Program-made: the position numbers and the translations under genes
The notes under the pieces: generated by a model
Database searches by the model: none
The model's input: the letters and a program-made list of their open reading frames with translations, nothing else
What the model was told of the DNA's origin: nothing
Part shown: piece after piece, positions 8,231-16,578 of the stretch
Position numbering within the stretch: position 1 is the stretch's first letter
Layout: the number at the start of each line of letters is the position of its first letter
Assembly (NCBI GenBank): GCA_039586365.1
Contig: JBDHKN010000092.1
Location: forward strand, 1-18,008
From: Gemmatimonadota bacterium
Lineage (GTDB): Bacteria > Gemmatimonadota > Gemmatimonadetes > Gemmatimonadales > GWC2-71-9
Direction: 5' to 3'
DNA length: 18,008 nt

Positions 8231-8903
8231 TTGATGGTTCCCGTTTGTCACCGCTATTGACACCACGAGAAAGGGCCGGCGGTTGGCCAGCGCTCTCGCC
8301 ATCGAAAGGAACGAACAGCGGCTCGAACGCGCCTGGAACCGCATCCGGCATTCTGTCGCATGAAACAGACTGCCAGAAGAGAAACTACAGAACTTTCGGC
8401 ACTTGACCCGGATCGCCCAGCAGGGTGCGTTTTCGGCCCCGATTGCTGGGTTACCCTACCCCTGGCTTCCAGCTAGGACCGTTCAATTCGCTTAACCAGG
8501 CCGTTAACGAACGATCGGGCCTTGGTCCTAAAGCACACTAGGCGCCGAGCCGATAACTGATAGTGGCCAGCGTCGGAGGGTCGCCTTAGCGGGCCCCCAC
8601 TTCACACCGGCCCACCTTCGTCCCGGCTTCTCCGGGGCTGGGTCTGCCCCGTGACTCTCCCGCGTAGCCTGACTCGGCCAGGTACGTTTGTGTGCCCGGC
8701 TATTCTGTCCCAAGTCTTGCCTTTCTCCTGTTGTGGTAAGTCTCCACGACGGGGGGTTGACGCTTTCTATTCAGCCACTGAGCTGCCGTTCCTATGCCGC
8801 TTCCCGTTCTGCGGGCTCTTCAACCTCCGTCGTCGCCGCCTGAGCGAATCCCGGAGGGCAATGATGGCGGCCAATCAACGCAGTGAAACTTTACTCAGTC
8901 GGA

Positions 8904-8924
8904 CTACGATAGTATATATCGTGG
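8904..8924. promoter_or_regulatory. AT-rich inverted repeat ACGATA-N5-TATCGT, candidate PadR operator
   Basis: Perfect 6-bp arms (8906-8911 and 8917-8922) about 40 bp upstream of padR. PadR regulators commonly autoregulate. Confidence 0.45.
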
Positions 8925-8963
8925 AGTGGAATACTACCTACCTAAAATAGTGAATTGCAGAAG

Positions 8964-9323
8964 ATGGCCTCAAATGAAGCCAAGCGGTACCGACCCGTTT
9001 CAGCTCAGGTGTTTCAGATCCTACTGGCTGTGAGCGACAGACAACTGCACGGTTACGGCATTATCCGGGACGTGAAACGGCGGACCGGAGGCCAGGTCAT
9101 ACTCACGGCCAGCACGCTCTACTCTGCCATCAAACGGATGCTCGAAGCTGGACTTATGGCTGAGTCGGAAGAGCGGCCCGTGCCGGAACTCGACGACGAG
9201 CGGCGCCGCTATTACAGCATCACTGCTGAGGGGCTGCGGGTGTTACGGCGCGAAGCCGAGTGGTTACAGCAGCTCGCCGACATGGCGCGGGACAAGCGCA
9301 TCTTAAGACCGCGAGAGTCCTGA
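8964..9323 (+). CDS. PadR family transcriptional regulator (alternative start TTG 8955)
   Basis: 'FQILLAVSDRQLHGYGIIRDV...STLYSAIKRMLEAGLM...DERRRYYSITAEG'. Confidence 0.95.
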   Translation: MASNEAKRYRPVSAQVFQILLAVSDRQLHGYGIIRDVKRRTGGQVILTASTLYSAIKRMLEAGLMAESEERPVPELDDERRRYYSITAEGLRVLRREAEWLQQLADMARDKRILRPRES

Positions 9324-12058
9324 TGCGGTCTACCAACAGATCCGGGGTGCGTCCCTTTGTGGTGCGTGCTTACGCATGGCTCGCCATTGCCCTGCTGCCG
9401 CGGAGTTTCGCGGTGCAGTACCGCGACAGAATTGTCGCGGTCTTCTCCGACATTTGGCACCACGCCCTGCTCGACAGCGGCACGTGGCGCCGTAGCGCAC
9501 TATTGCTGCGGGAGTTCTCGGCCCTCAGCCACACTGTCCTCTGCGAACACTTGAATGTCTTGAGAGACGCCTGTTTCAAGTCCCCCGCACCCCACCGCGC
9601 TGAACGTGGCCCCAGCCGGAGGGCCGGTTGGCACATATCTGCTCTAGTGGGTGATCTCAAGTACGTCATACGCAGTTTAGCAAGAAGCCCAGGATTTGCG
9701 CTGGTTGCAGTGAGCACGCTTGCGCTGGGTATTGGTGCCGTTACGACCATCTTCAGTCTCATCAACGGCCTGCTGCTGCGACCCTTGCCGTATGCCGACT
9801 CTGCTGAACTCGTCTACATGTGGGAAAAGCTGGCTTCATTCGAGAACGCGTCGGTCTCTTATCCCAATTTCCTCGATTGGCGGGAGCGCAACCGGGTCTT
9901 CGAAGATTTGGCGACGTTCAACGACGGCAGCATCAACCTGACTGGCGTGGGGGATCCAGTCGAGTTGGACGTAGTGAGGGTTTCCGCCTCGATGTTCCCA
10001 ATCCTACAGCAGGAGCCAGAACTGGGTCGCACGTTCTTGCCCGAGGAAGACAGAGTCGGGGGCGAAAGGGTGGCAGTCCTGGCGAATGGGTTCTGGCGGG
10101 ATCAGCTCGGCGGTGACCCGACGGTAGTAGGCAAAACGCTAACCCTCGATGGCCTTCCCTACTCAGTGGTCGGGGTGATGCCGCGGCAATTCGTGTTTCC
10201 CCCGCAGGGCGGCCACGTCGACATCTACCTTGCCGTTGAGCAGTTCGCCGAGAACTGGATCGACGACCGGGACAATCACCCTGGGTTGGCGGTCATAGGA
10301 CGGCTGAGGCCGGGAGTCACTCTCGAGCAGGCTGCCCGTGACCTGGAGCGAGTCGCGCTCGAGTTGGAGGCGGAGTATCCGGACGTGAACGAGGGTAGTC
10401 GCGTGCACGTTGCCTCGCTGCACAAACGAATGACCCGCAATTTCCGTGAGCCGATGATGGTGCTGCTACTCGCTGTTGGCTTGCTGCTCATGATCGCCTG
10501 CACCAACGTGGCCAATCTGGTTCTGGCGCGCAGTACGGCACGGCAGCGCGAGATCGCCATACGTTCCAGTCTCGGTGCCAGCGGCTCCCGTATCGTCCGT
10601 TTGTTGCTGACGGAAAGCTTAGTCCTCTGGGTGGTCGGGGGCATGCTGGGTCTCGGGGTAGCCTCTCTGGCGACGCGGTCACTCGTTGCGCTCCGAGCGG
10701 ATGCTATCTCACCCATCTTCCATGTGGGTATCGATCTACTGGCCGTTGTTGTCACGCTGAGCGTTTCTCTGGTGACCGGTATGTTGTTCGGGCTGATGCC
10801 GGCGCTCAACTCCATACGGCTCAACCTGCTTGAGCATCTCAAGGAGGGAAGCCGCGCCTCGGGCGGCATGGGACGCAACCGACTCCGCAGTGCTCTCGTG
10901 GTGGCCGAGGTGAGCCTCTCTGTCGCTTTGCTGGTGGCGGCTGGCCTCACAGTCCGCAGCCTCTCGAACATGCTGGGGGCCAATCCAGGGTTCGATGCCC
11001 GCAATGTGCTGTCCGTCGAACTCAACCTGCCGCGCAGCCGCTATCAGGCAGAGGAGCAACGCACGGCTTTCCACCACCAGCTGCTGGATCGGGTCAGGCA
11101 GTTGCCGGGTGTTGTGTCTGCAGCTACCACGTATGTGGTGCCGGTGGGACCTGGGGGATGGCAGAATGCTTTTCACGTTGAGGGTGAGCCCCCAGAAAGA
11201 GACGGCGTTTACACGTTCGCGGAGGTGAGTTCTGTCTCGGACGGCTATTTCGAGACGATGGGTATCCCGCGGTTCCGGGGACGCGAGTTTGCGCGCAGCG
11301 ACGGACCCGATGCACCACTGGTGGTGGTGGTCGACGAGATGCTGGCCCAGCGCTATTGGCCGGGGGAAGCTGCTATAGGCAAGCGACTGAAGTTCGGAGA
11401 CTACACATCCGAGAACCCTTGGATGGAAGTGGTTGGGGTCGTGGGGCACGTGAAGGTCAACGGCGTGGTGCCCGAGGCACTGCCTCAGTTCTACCTCCCG
11501 CACGGGCAAGACAACGAGCGGGGCTACCACGTCATGGTTAAGACAGCTGGCGACCCAACGCAGCTAGTGGAACCGATTCGCCAAGCGGTGCTGGAGGTCG
11601 ATCCGACCCAGCCTCTGGCCGAGACCAACACCATGACGCACTACGTGAGACGGAGCACCAGGGACGCCAGGTTCTCCGCGTTGCTCCTAGGGGTCTTTGG
11701 GGCCGCCGCGTTGTTGCTCGCCGCAGTCGGCATCTACGGCGTCATGGCACAGGCGACGGCTGAGCGCACTCACGAGTTGGGAGTGAGGATCGCCCTAGGT
11801 GCGACCGGTGCAGCAGTGCTCAGCATGGTAGTTCGTCAGGCGATGGTGCGAGTTGCGTTAGGGGCCATGCTCGGTCTCACCCTGGCCGCGGTCCTTGGTC
11901 GCTTACTGGCCAGTCGCCTGTTTGGCGTGTCGGCGCTTGACCCGGTCACATTCGTTGTATCGCCACTGCTGCTGTCGCTGGTTGCGCTGGTCGCGAGCCT
12001 GGTACCTGCTCGCCGGGCCATGAGGGTCGACCCCCTTAGGGCCCTGCAAGAGGAGTAG
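9323..12058 (+). CDS. ADOP-type duplicated ABC transporter permease (MacB/FtsX-like)
   Basis: TGATG coupling to padR; 'DLKYVIRSLARSPGFALVAVSTLALGIGA', 'LMIACTNVANLVLAR...REIAIRSSLGA', 'RTHELGVRIALGA', 'PARRAMRVDPLRALQEE'. Confidence 0.95.
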   Translation: MRSTNRSGVRPFVVRAYAWLAIALLPRSFAVQYRDRIVAVFSDIWHHALLDSGTWRRSALLLREFSALSHTVLCEHLNVLRDACFKSPAPHRAERGPSRRAGWHISALVGDLKYVIRSLARSPGFALVAVSTLALGIGAVTTIFSLINGLLLRPLPYADSAELVYMWEKLASFENASVSYPNFLDWRERNRVFEDLATFNDGSINLTGVGDPVELDVVRVSASMFPILQQEPELGRTFLPEEDRVGGERVAVLANGFWRDQLGGDPTVVGKTLTLDGLPYSVVGVMPRQFVFPPQGGHVDIYLAVEQFAENWIDDRDNHPGLAVIGRLRPGVTLEQAARDLERVALELEAEYPDVNEGSRVHVASLHKRMTRNFREPMMVLLLAVGLLLMIACTNVANLVLARSTARQREIAIRSSLGASGSRIVRLLLTESLVLWVVGGMLGLGVASLATRSLVALRADAISPIFHVGIDLLAVVVTLSVSLVTGMLFGLMPALNSIRLNLLEHLKEGSRASGGMGRNRLRSALVVAEVSLSVALLVAAGLTVRSLSNMLGANPGFDARNVLSVELNLPRSRYQAEEQRTAFHHQLLDRVRQLPGVVSAATTYVVPVGPGGWQNAFHVEGEPPERDGVYTFAEVSSVSDGYFETMGIPRFRGREFARSDGPDAPLVVVVDEMLAQRYWPGEAAIGKRLKFGDYTSENPWMEVVGVVGHVKVNGVVPEALPQFYLPHGQDNERGYHVMVKTAGDPTQLVEPIRQAVLEVDPTQPLAETNTMTHYVRRSTRDARFSALLLGVFGAAALLLAAVGIYGVMAQATAERTHELGVRIALGATGAAVLSMVVRQAMVRVALGAMLGLTLAAVLGRLLASRLFGVSALDPVTFVVSPLLLSLVALVASLVPARRAMRVDPLRALQEE

Positions 12059-12277
12059 AACTCTGGGAACTAGACTCCGAGGCAATCCGATTCGCTGAGG
12101 GCAAGGCTGCAGCCGAGAGGCCAGAACCGCATACCTGGTACGTGATCAATCCGGCCCTGCACATCGCTGCATCGGGAAACCGACTTCGGATGACGGCGGC
12201 TGTCCAAGTACCTCAGTCTGCACATTTCTCTTTGTGAGCCCTGGGCGTCTGGCGGGGCTCGGGGGTTTCGTCGCTCC

Positions 12278-12307
12278 TTGTCCCGCCGATTGAGCCACCT
12301 GTAGCTT
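12278..12307 (+). promoter_or_regulatory. Candidate promoter TTGTCC-N18-TAGCTT (sRNA copy A)
   Basis: Both hexamers and the spacing are identical in copy B (15271-15300), while the spacer carries substitutions. Confidence 0.6.
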
Positions 12308-12312
12308 TCGTT

Positions 12313-12470
12313 AGGAGGCTGGTTTCGGGTATCGCACTCACTCGGTCTGTCAGGCCGAACATCGGCCTCCTGGACAAGGCCCCGAGCGGTCAGAACCGCT
12401 TCGACGATTCCGGTTGATACCCGGGGGCTCAGATCGTCGTTAGCCGGATCCTGCTCGGGGTTCTTGCATT
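12313..12470 (+). ncRNA. Putative two-hairpin small RNA, copy A (unrecognised family)
   Basis: Stem 1 is 12314-12328/12355-12370. Stem 2 is 12378-12389/12451-12462, with an inner helix 12402-12408/12433-12439. Pyrimidine-rich tail; homologous to 15306-15400. Confidence 0.6.
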
Positions 12471-12677
12471 TCCCCTTAGTTCGCGTTCCGGGATCTCAAC
12501 ACACCCTGAATGGCTCGCCACTGGTTTTAGATAACAGACCTCCATTGCAGTGGTGCGTCACCGCAGGGTGAGGATCTGGCCCCGCTGTCCCCTGTCTACC
12601 AGCAAGGTGTACATGCCGTCAACTTTCATAGAGGAGACAATGCCACCTGAGAGGCAGGCTGTAGAGAGGCAGATGTC

Positions 12678-12938
12678 GTGGCCGAAGTGAAGGAGCGGGA
12701 TAGACGCTATGCACGGCAGTTGCCGGACGAGTTCATTACGATGTCGGGGATGCCAGGTGACCGGCTCACGTTGCTGGTTGGTCGCCACTGGGCATCCCAA
12801 ACGGCACCGGCCCGTGCAGAACTGGCGCACGCATTGTTGCTCGTCCTGCAACCGCTGCTTGGTCCTGGAGCCGAGGTTACCGAGCGGAAGCGTCAGGCCT
12901 GTGAAGACATTGTGGCCAGTTGGCTGACCAGACAATAG
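12678..12938 (+). CDS. Hypothetical helical protein, possibly frameshifted from ATG 12640
   Basis: Protein-like sequence ending 13 bp before the RRM gene. The best RBS (GAGGAG 12631) serves an out-of-frame ATG at 12640 that gives only 16 aa. Confidence 0.4.
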   Translation: MAEVKERDRRYARQLPDEFITMSGMPGDRLTLLVGRHWASQTAPARAELAHALLLVLQPLLGPGAEVTERKRQACEDIVASWLTRQ

Positions 12939-12951
12939 GAACGGGTCCGAC

Positions 12952-13200
12952 ATGAACATCTACGTAGGCCATCTGTCGCACGATGTCACTGAAGAAGACT
13001 TGCGAGAGGCTTTCGAGGCGTTCGGGCAAGTCTCATCAGTCGACGTGATAAAGCACAAGTTCAGCGGCGAATCGAGAGGATTCGGCTTCGTTGAGATGCC
13101 GACCGAAACTGAAGCGAACGCTGCAATCGTGGGTCTCAGTGGTAAAGAGCTGAAAGGGCAAGCGCTCACCGTGAATACGGCTCGTCCTCGCAGAACGTAG
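12952..13200 (+). CDS. RNA recognition motif (RRM) RNA-binding protein
   Basis: RNP2 'IYVGHL', RNP1 'RGFGFVEM', and 'LKGQALTVNTARPR'. Confidence 0.95.
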   Translation: MNIYVGHLSHDVTEEDLREAFEAFGQVSSVDVIKHKFSGESRGFGFVEMPTETEANAAIVGLSGKELKGQALTVNTARPRRT

Positions 13201-13264
13201 CAGTGACTGTCGGTGCTCGCGGGCTCACTCATGACCCGTATGTGATCTCTGGTGAACTAGCTCT

Positions 13265-13489
13265 GTGTCTTGGCCGACCTGGTCGGTGAGGTTCCAGCGG
13301 TTCAGTCGTTGGGGAGGCACGGGTCCTCCAGTGCAGGAACGTCGGCAAAAAGAGCGCCGGTCCGACCGCAATTGGCGATGGGTGGGGGAGCTCATAGGCG
13401 ACCGCCGTCGAGTACGCTTTCCAAATGATGTCGAGCGTCGCAACGGGACGGAGCGCCGGTCCGAGGAACGTCGGTCGATCCATGACTGA
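13265..13489 (+). CDS. Small Arg-rich [E/D]RR-repeat protein
   Basis: ERRQKERRSDR...DRRR...ERRNGTERRSEERR. The start codon is uncertain. Confidence 0.55.
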   Translation: MSWPTWSVRFQRFSRWGGTGPPVQERRQKERRSDRNWRWVGELIGDRRRVRFPNDVERRNGTERRSEERRSIHD

Positions 13490-13669
13490 CGGTTGAGACG
13501 CAAACGAGAGCGCAGCACCCGCTGAGGTGGTTGCAGCAAAGACCCTGTGCAATGGGCTGTCCGTAGTGTCAGGATTCGACCCTGAGAGGATACCGAGCAG
13601 AGTGATCCCGGCCTCTGACGCGACGGTGGCTGCGACATCATGGTCGCTGGCCAGCCTTGAGGAGGTGTG

Positions 13670-14485
13670 ATGCGCGCTAGACACCCAACGATGAAGCATC
13701 ACTTCGCTAGAGTAGCACCGCGCTATCGCCAGATGCGGGACCTGGACGTGACCGCGGTCGGTGAGATAGCATGGATTCTCAAGCGCCTTGCGAGGTCTGG
13801 GTCCCGCATTGTGATCCTCGACGTGGGATCGGGAACCGGTAGATACCTTGAATCGGTTCTCGCCGAGTCCGGTCTGGAAGCGACACGCCGATGCTGTGCC
13901 GTCCGGTACGATGCCGTGCGCGAGATGCTGGGAGGAACCTCGCTCTTCGAGGGGTTGCCCAGCCGCTCTATTAAGTCGGTGGTCGGTCTTGCAGAGTGCC
14001 TTCCATTTGCCGCCAGTAGTATTGACGCCGTCCTGGCATTCAACGCTATCCACCACTTCGGCGCCACCGGGTTCCTGGCCGAAGCGGGTCGTGTGTTACG
14101 ACCCGAAGGCAGGGTGATCATCTACACCCGTACTCCGGAACAGAACCGCTGCACGGTGTGGGGAATATTCTTTCCTCGATTTGCCGACAAGGAGGATCGC
14201 CTCTTCACAGTGAGGGAGCTTACTGCTGTTGTGGATCAGACAGGAGCTTTCGGGAAGGTCGAGTTACGAGCTATTCCTTGGAGGGTCGAGACCGATTTGC
14301 GCCGCTTGATCGAACAGGCTCGAAGCGGTGCATACTCGACGTTTGAGTTCTACTCACGGAGCGAGTTCGAGAACGTTGTGGAGACTTTTGAGAGGCGGGT
14401 GCTGGATCACTTCGAGGATCCGTCGAAAATTGTCGTGCAGAATGATCACTTGCTTGCAGTTGCCACTAGGAGGTCGAGGACCTGA
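13670..14485 (+). CDS. Class I SAM-dependent methyltransferase
   Basis: GAGGAGG RBS; motif I 'ILDVGSGTG'; 'AECLPFAASSIDAV...AIHHF...EAGRVLRPEG'. Confidence 0.9.
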   Translation: MRARHPTMKHHFARVAPRYRQMRDLDVTAVGEIAWILKRLARSGSRIVILDVGSGTGRYLESVLAESGLEATRRCCAVRYDAVREMLGGTSLFEGLPSRSIKSVVGLAECLPFAASSIDAVLAFNAIHHFGATGFLAEAGRVLRPEGRVIIYTRTPEQNRCTVWGIFFPRFADKEDRLFTVRELTAVVDQTGAFGKVELRAIPWRVETDLRRLIEQARSGAYSTFEFYSRSEFENVVETFERRVLDHFEDPSKIVVQNDHLLAVATRRSRT

Positions 14486-14703
14486 GCTTACGGTGGAGTG
14501 AACGGGGCGACCGAGCCTCTTCCATAAGGCTGCGACCTCAAGTGCAGACTAGGATTCCCGCCGGCTCACAACGCGCGGTTGCTCGCACTCAAGGGGGTGC
14601 ACCCGCAATGCACCGAAACAAGGGACACGAGTACTCCGAAACAGTGATGATTGGCGCCTGGTGACCTTGGCACGACGGCGGGGTTGATTGAGAAGCAGGA
14701 TTA

Positions 14704-15240
14704 ATGGCGGGTTACGAGACCAGGTTGCTGTGGGCTGTCAAAGAGGTCTTGATGGCTATGGACCACGCCGAGGCCATGCGTGCGGCATTCGGGGAAGAGC
14801 CACGGTTCTCAGAGGAACAGCTCGAGCTGGCATTTGATTCGTTGACTGGTCTGTTGACCGAAGATGAACAAGCCGACTTGGTTCACTGGGTGTCCGACCG
14901 CAATCTCACTCAGGCGCACAGAGCCGAGATTCGTGAGACTGACGCTGAACTGCACCAAGAGCTGCTGACCCATCTGCGCGACGGGGAACCCTACTGGGAA
15001 CTCTATCGACGGCTACCGCCGCACCTACAAGCACATATGCGTCGCATACCTGGAATGATCTGCACAAAGGGCGAATGGTATCGGCGCCAGGTTTTTGTCT
15101 ATTGGCTCTCCCATGCTCCCCAGTGGTTGCAGCGGCGGTTCCGGCTTCCGCGGTTCGTTACGTGGTCGAAAGCTCAGCGACAAGCATTCAGTAGATGGAA
15201 AGAGTTGGATAGCCCGCCAGATGGAACAGAGGACCCGTGA
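14704..15240 (+). CDS. Hypothetical protein (start may be ATG 14752)
   Basis: Long ORF with an acidic helical N-terminal half and a basic, Trp/Arg-rich C-terminal half. No family recognised. Confidence 0.6.
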   Translation: MAGYETRLLWAVKEVLMAMDHAEAMRAAFGEEPRFSEEQLELAFDSLTGLLTEDEQADLVHWVSDRNLTQAHRAEIRETDAELHQELLTHLRDGEPYWELYRRLPPHLQAHMRRIPGMICTKGEWYRRQVFVYWLSHAPQWLQRRFRLPRFVTWSKAQRQAFSRWKELDSPPDGTEDP

Positions 15241-15270
15241 ACCGACGCGGCACCGCCAGTACGTCGGTCC

Positions 15271-15300
15271 TTGTCCTTCCAGTTGAGCCACCCTTAGCTT
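15271..15300 (+). promoter_or_regulatory. Candidate promoter TTGTCC-N18-TAGCTT (sRNA copy B)
   Basis: Hexamers and spacing identical to 12278-12307. Confidence 0.6.
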
Positions 15301-15305
15301 TCAAT

Positions 15306-15400
15306 AGGAGGCCGGATTCAGGTTCCCAACCTGAACACTAGCCTCCGGCCCCGAGCAGCAGAGTCGCGTTTCCATCAGTCCTGCTCGGGGTCTTTGTATG
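15306..15400 (+). ncRNA. Putative two-hairpin small RNA, copy B (unrecognised family)
   Basis: Stem 1 is 15307-15324/15328-15346 and stem 2 is 15347-15358/15381-15392, followed by TTTGTATGT. Homologous to copy A. Confidence 0.6.
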
Positions 15401-15541
15401 TCGCCTCTGGCGAACTCGCTGCGCTGCCAGAAGACGCCAGGGCTTGCACACGGTCGCCGCCCGCTGGCCAAACGCTGAATGTTCCGTAAAGTAGGCCCTC
15501 CCGACTGGAGATCGTGGCTTACAGGCGACTCTAGGGCCTCG

Positions 15542-15608
15542 ATTTCGCCAGGAGTATGAACTACGGAATGCGGCTTAACTTCGTGTCCACCAAATCGGGT
15601 CAAGTCCA
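15542..15608 (+). mobile_element. IS3-family right-end remnant (transposase C-terminus plus terminal inverted repeat)
   Basis: 'ISP / EYELRNAA*' (stop 15576-15578) resembles the end of IS3 OrfB. It is followed by GTGTCCACCAAATCGGGTCAAGTCCA, whose reverse complement TGGACTTGACCCGATTTGGTGGACAC resembles an IS3-family 5'-TG IR. Confidence 0.7.
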
Positions 15609-15905
15609 TACACTGTGTACATCCTACCGACTTCCTTTAATCCTAACCAGGATGGCAACTACATCTACGCCACGAAGAATGCCCAAGGTCAATGGGTGCC
15701 GGTCTACGTTGGGGAGGGAGATTTAGCCGATCGAGCGGGCGACAATCATCACCAAGCAGACTGCATCAAGAGGAAAGGTGCCACGCACTTTCACTGCCAC
15801 CTCAATCCGGCTGCAGGGACACGGCGGAGCGAGGAGGCCGATCCCTTGACTAGGTACACCAACGCCTATCAGCCGTACGGCTGCAACGAGAAACAAGGTG
15901 GGTAG
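15609..15905 (+). pseudogene. GIY-YIG nuclease-like protein, probably 5'-truncated by the IS3 end (could restart at GTG 15615)
   Basis: YTVYILP...GNYIYA...VYVGEG...R...DCIKRKGATHF...EEAD...GCN. The frame begins exactly at the IR boundary and there is no RBS. Confidence 0.65.
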
Positions 15906-16225
15906 GAGTTCTGATCGAGCCTGGTCGGCCGGCAAGACGGAGTGCAGATTTTGCAGGTAACTGACCGATATTGAGAGTGTGGTATGGAAGTCAAGCTAGC
16001 AGATGCATCTGTGGCTGGTTCTGGGTGCGTGTTCGAGTCCTGATAATGCACCTAGCGAGCCTCTCGTACGGGACAGCTGCGTTATAAGGATCGTGGAGAA
16101 CCCAGAACACGCACCGCAGACCTGATTCGCACAGCAAACACTATAAATCGGTGTATGTTGAGGATTTCCTTCGGCCACCGAGCCGCCGGCCCCGGCGCTG
16201 GGTGGACGGGGTTCTCCTCTTGTTG

Positions 16226-16558
16226 TTACATCGGCTTCGCGTGGTGTACTGGCTCGGGCTGTTCCGCTGGTTGTGCCGAGCCCCCTAACGTCTTCACCGC
16301 GTCTACTGCAAGGACAACCAGCGCCAGCGAGCCCAGGACAGCTGGGACGTAATACACCTCACCGCGGTTCAACCCTTCGAACCAATGACCAAACACGGGT
16401 GAACCTAGCCAGGCTCCAACCCAGCCGATGACAACCTTGCCGAAGTACGAGGTGAGTCCGGGAACTACGTGGTACCTGACGCCGAAGTGCAGAATTGCTG
16501 AGACTACCACACTGATGACTAGCAGGATCAAGAAACTGATGAAGTCCATCCCTATCAT
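16226..16558 (-). CDS. GlsB/YeaQ/YmgE (transglycosylase-associated) family membrane protein
   Basis: GGAG RBS; three TM segments; 'KVVIGWVGAWLGSPVFGHW...VPAVLGS'. Confidence 0.75.
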   Translation of the reverse strand: MIGMDFISFLILLVISVVVSAILHFGVRYHVVPGLTSYFGKVVIGWVGAWLGSPVFGHWFEGLNRGEVYYVPAVLGSLALVVLAVDAVKTLGGSAQPAEQPEPVHHAKPM

Positions 16559-16578
16559 TTCTCCAATCTCCTTCTTGC

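Noticed and set aside
3835..14056. Long shadow ORFs (e.g. 3835..4386, 3938..4741, 10276..11025, 10736..11530, 13229..14056)
   Set aside because: They are antisense or alternative frames over well-supported genes, as expected in GC-rich DNA, and have no recognisable motifs.
8745..14687. Near-repeat CACGACGG(C)GGGGTTGA at 8745 and 14671
   Set aside because: It is a short G-rich match with an indel and no flanking similarity, so chance is plausible.
15025..15291. Minus-strand ORF starting in the cassette promoter (MAQLEGQG; VAQSAGQG in copy A) as a cognate peptide
   Set aside because: Similarity covers only about 10 codons inside the shared DNA, and the rest is antisense to another gene.
16025..16045. 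GTTCGAGTC T-loop-like sequence
   Set aside because: No T stem or other tRNA arms.
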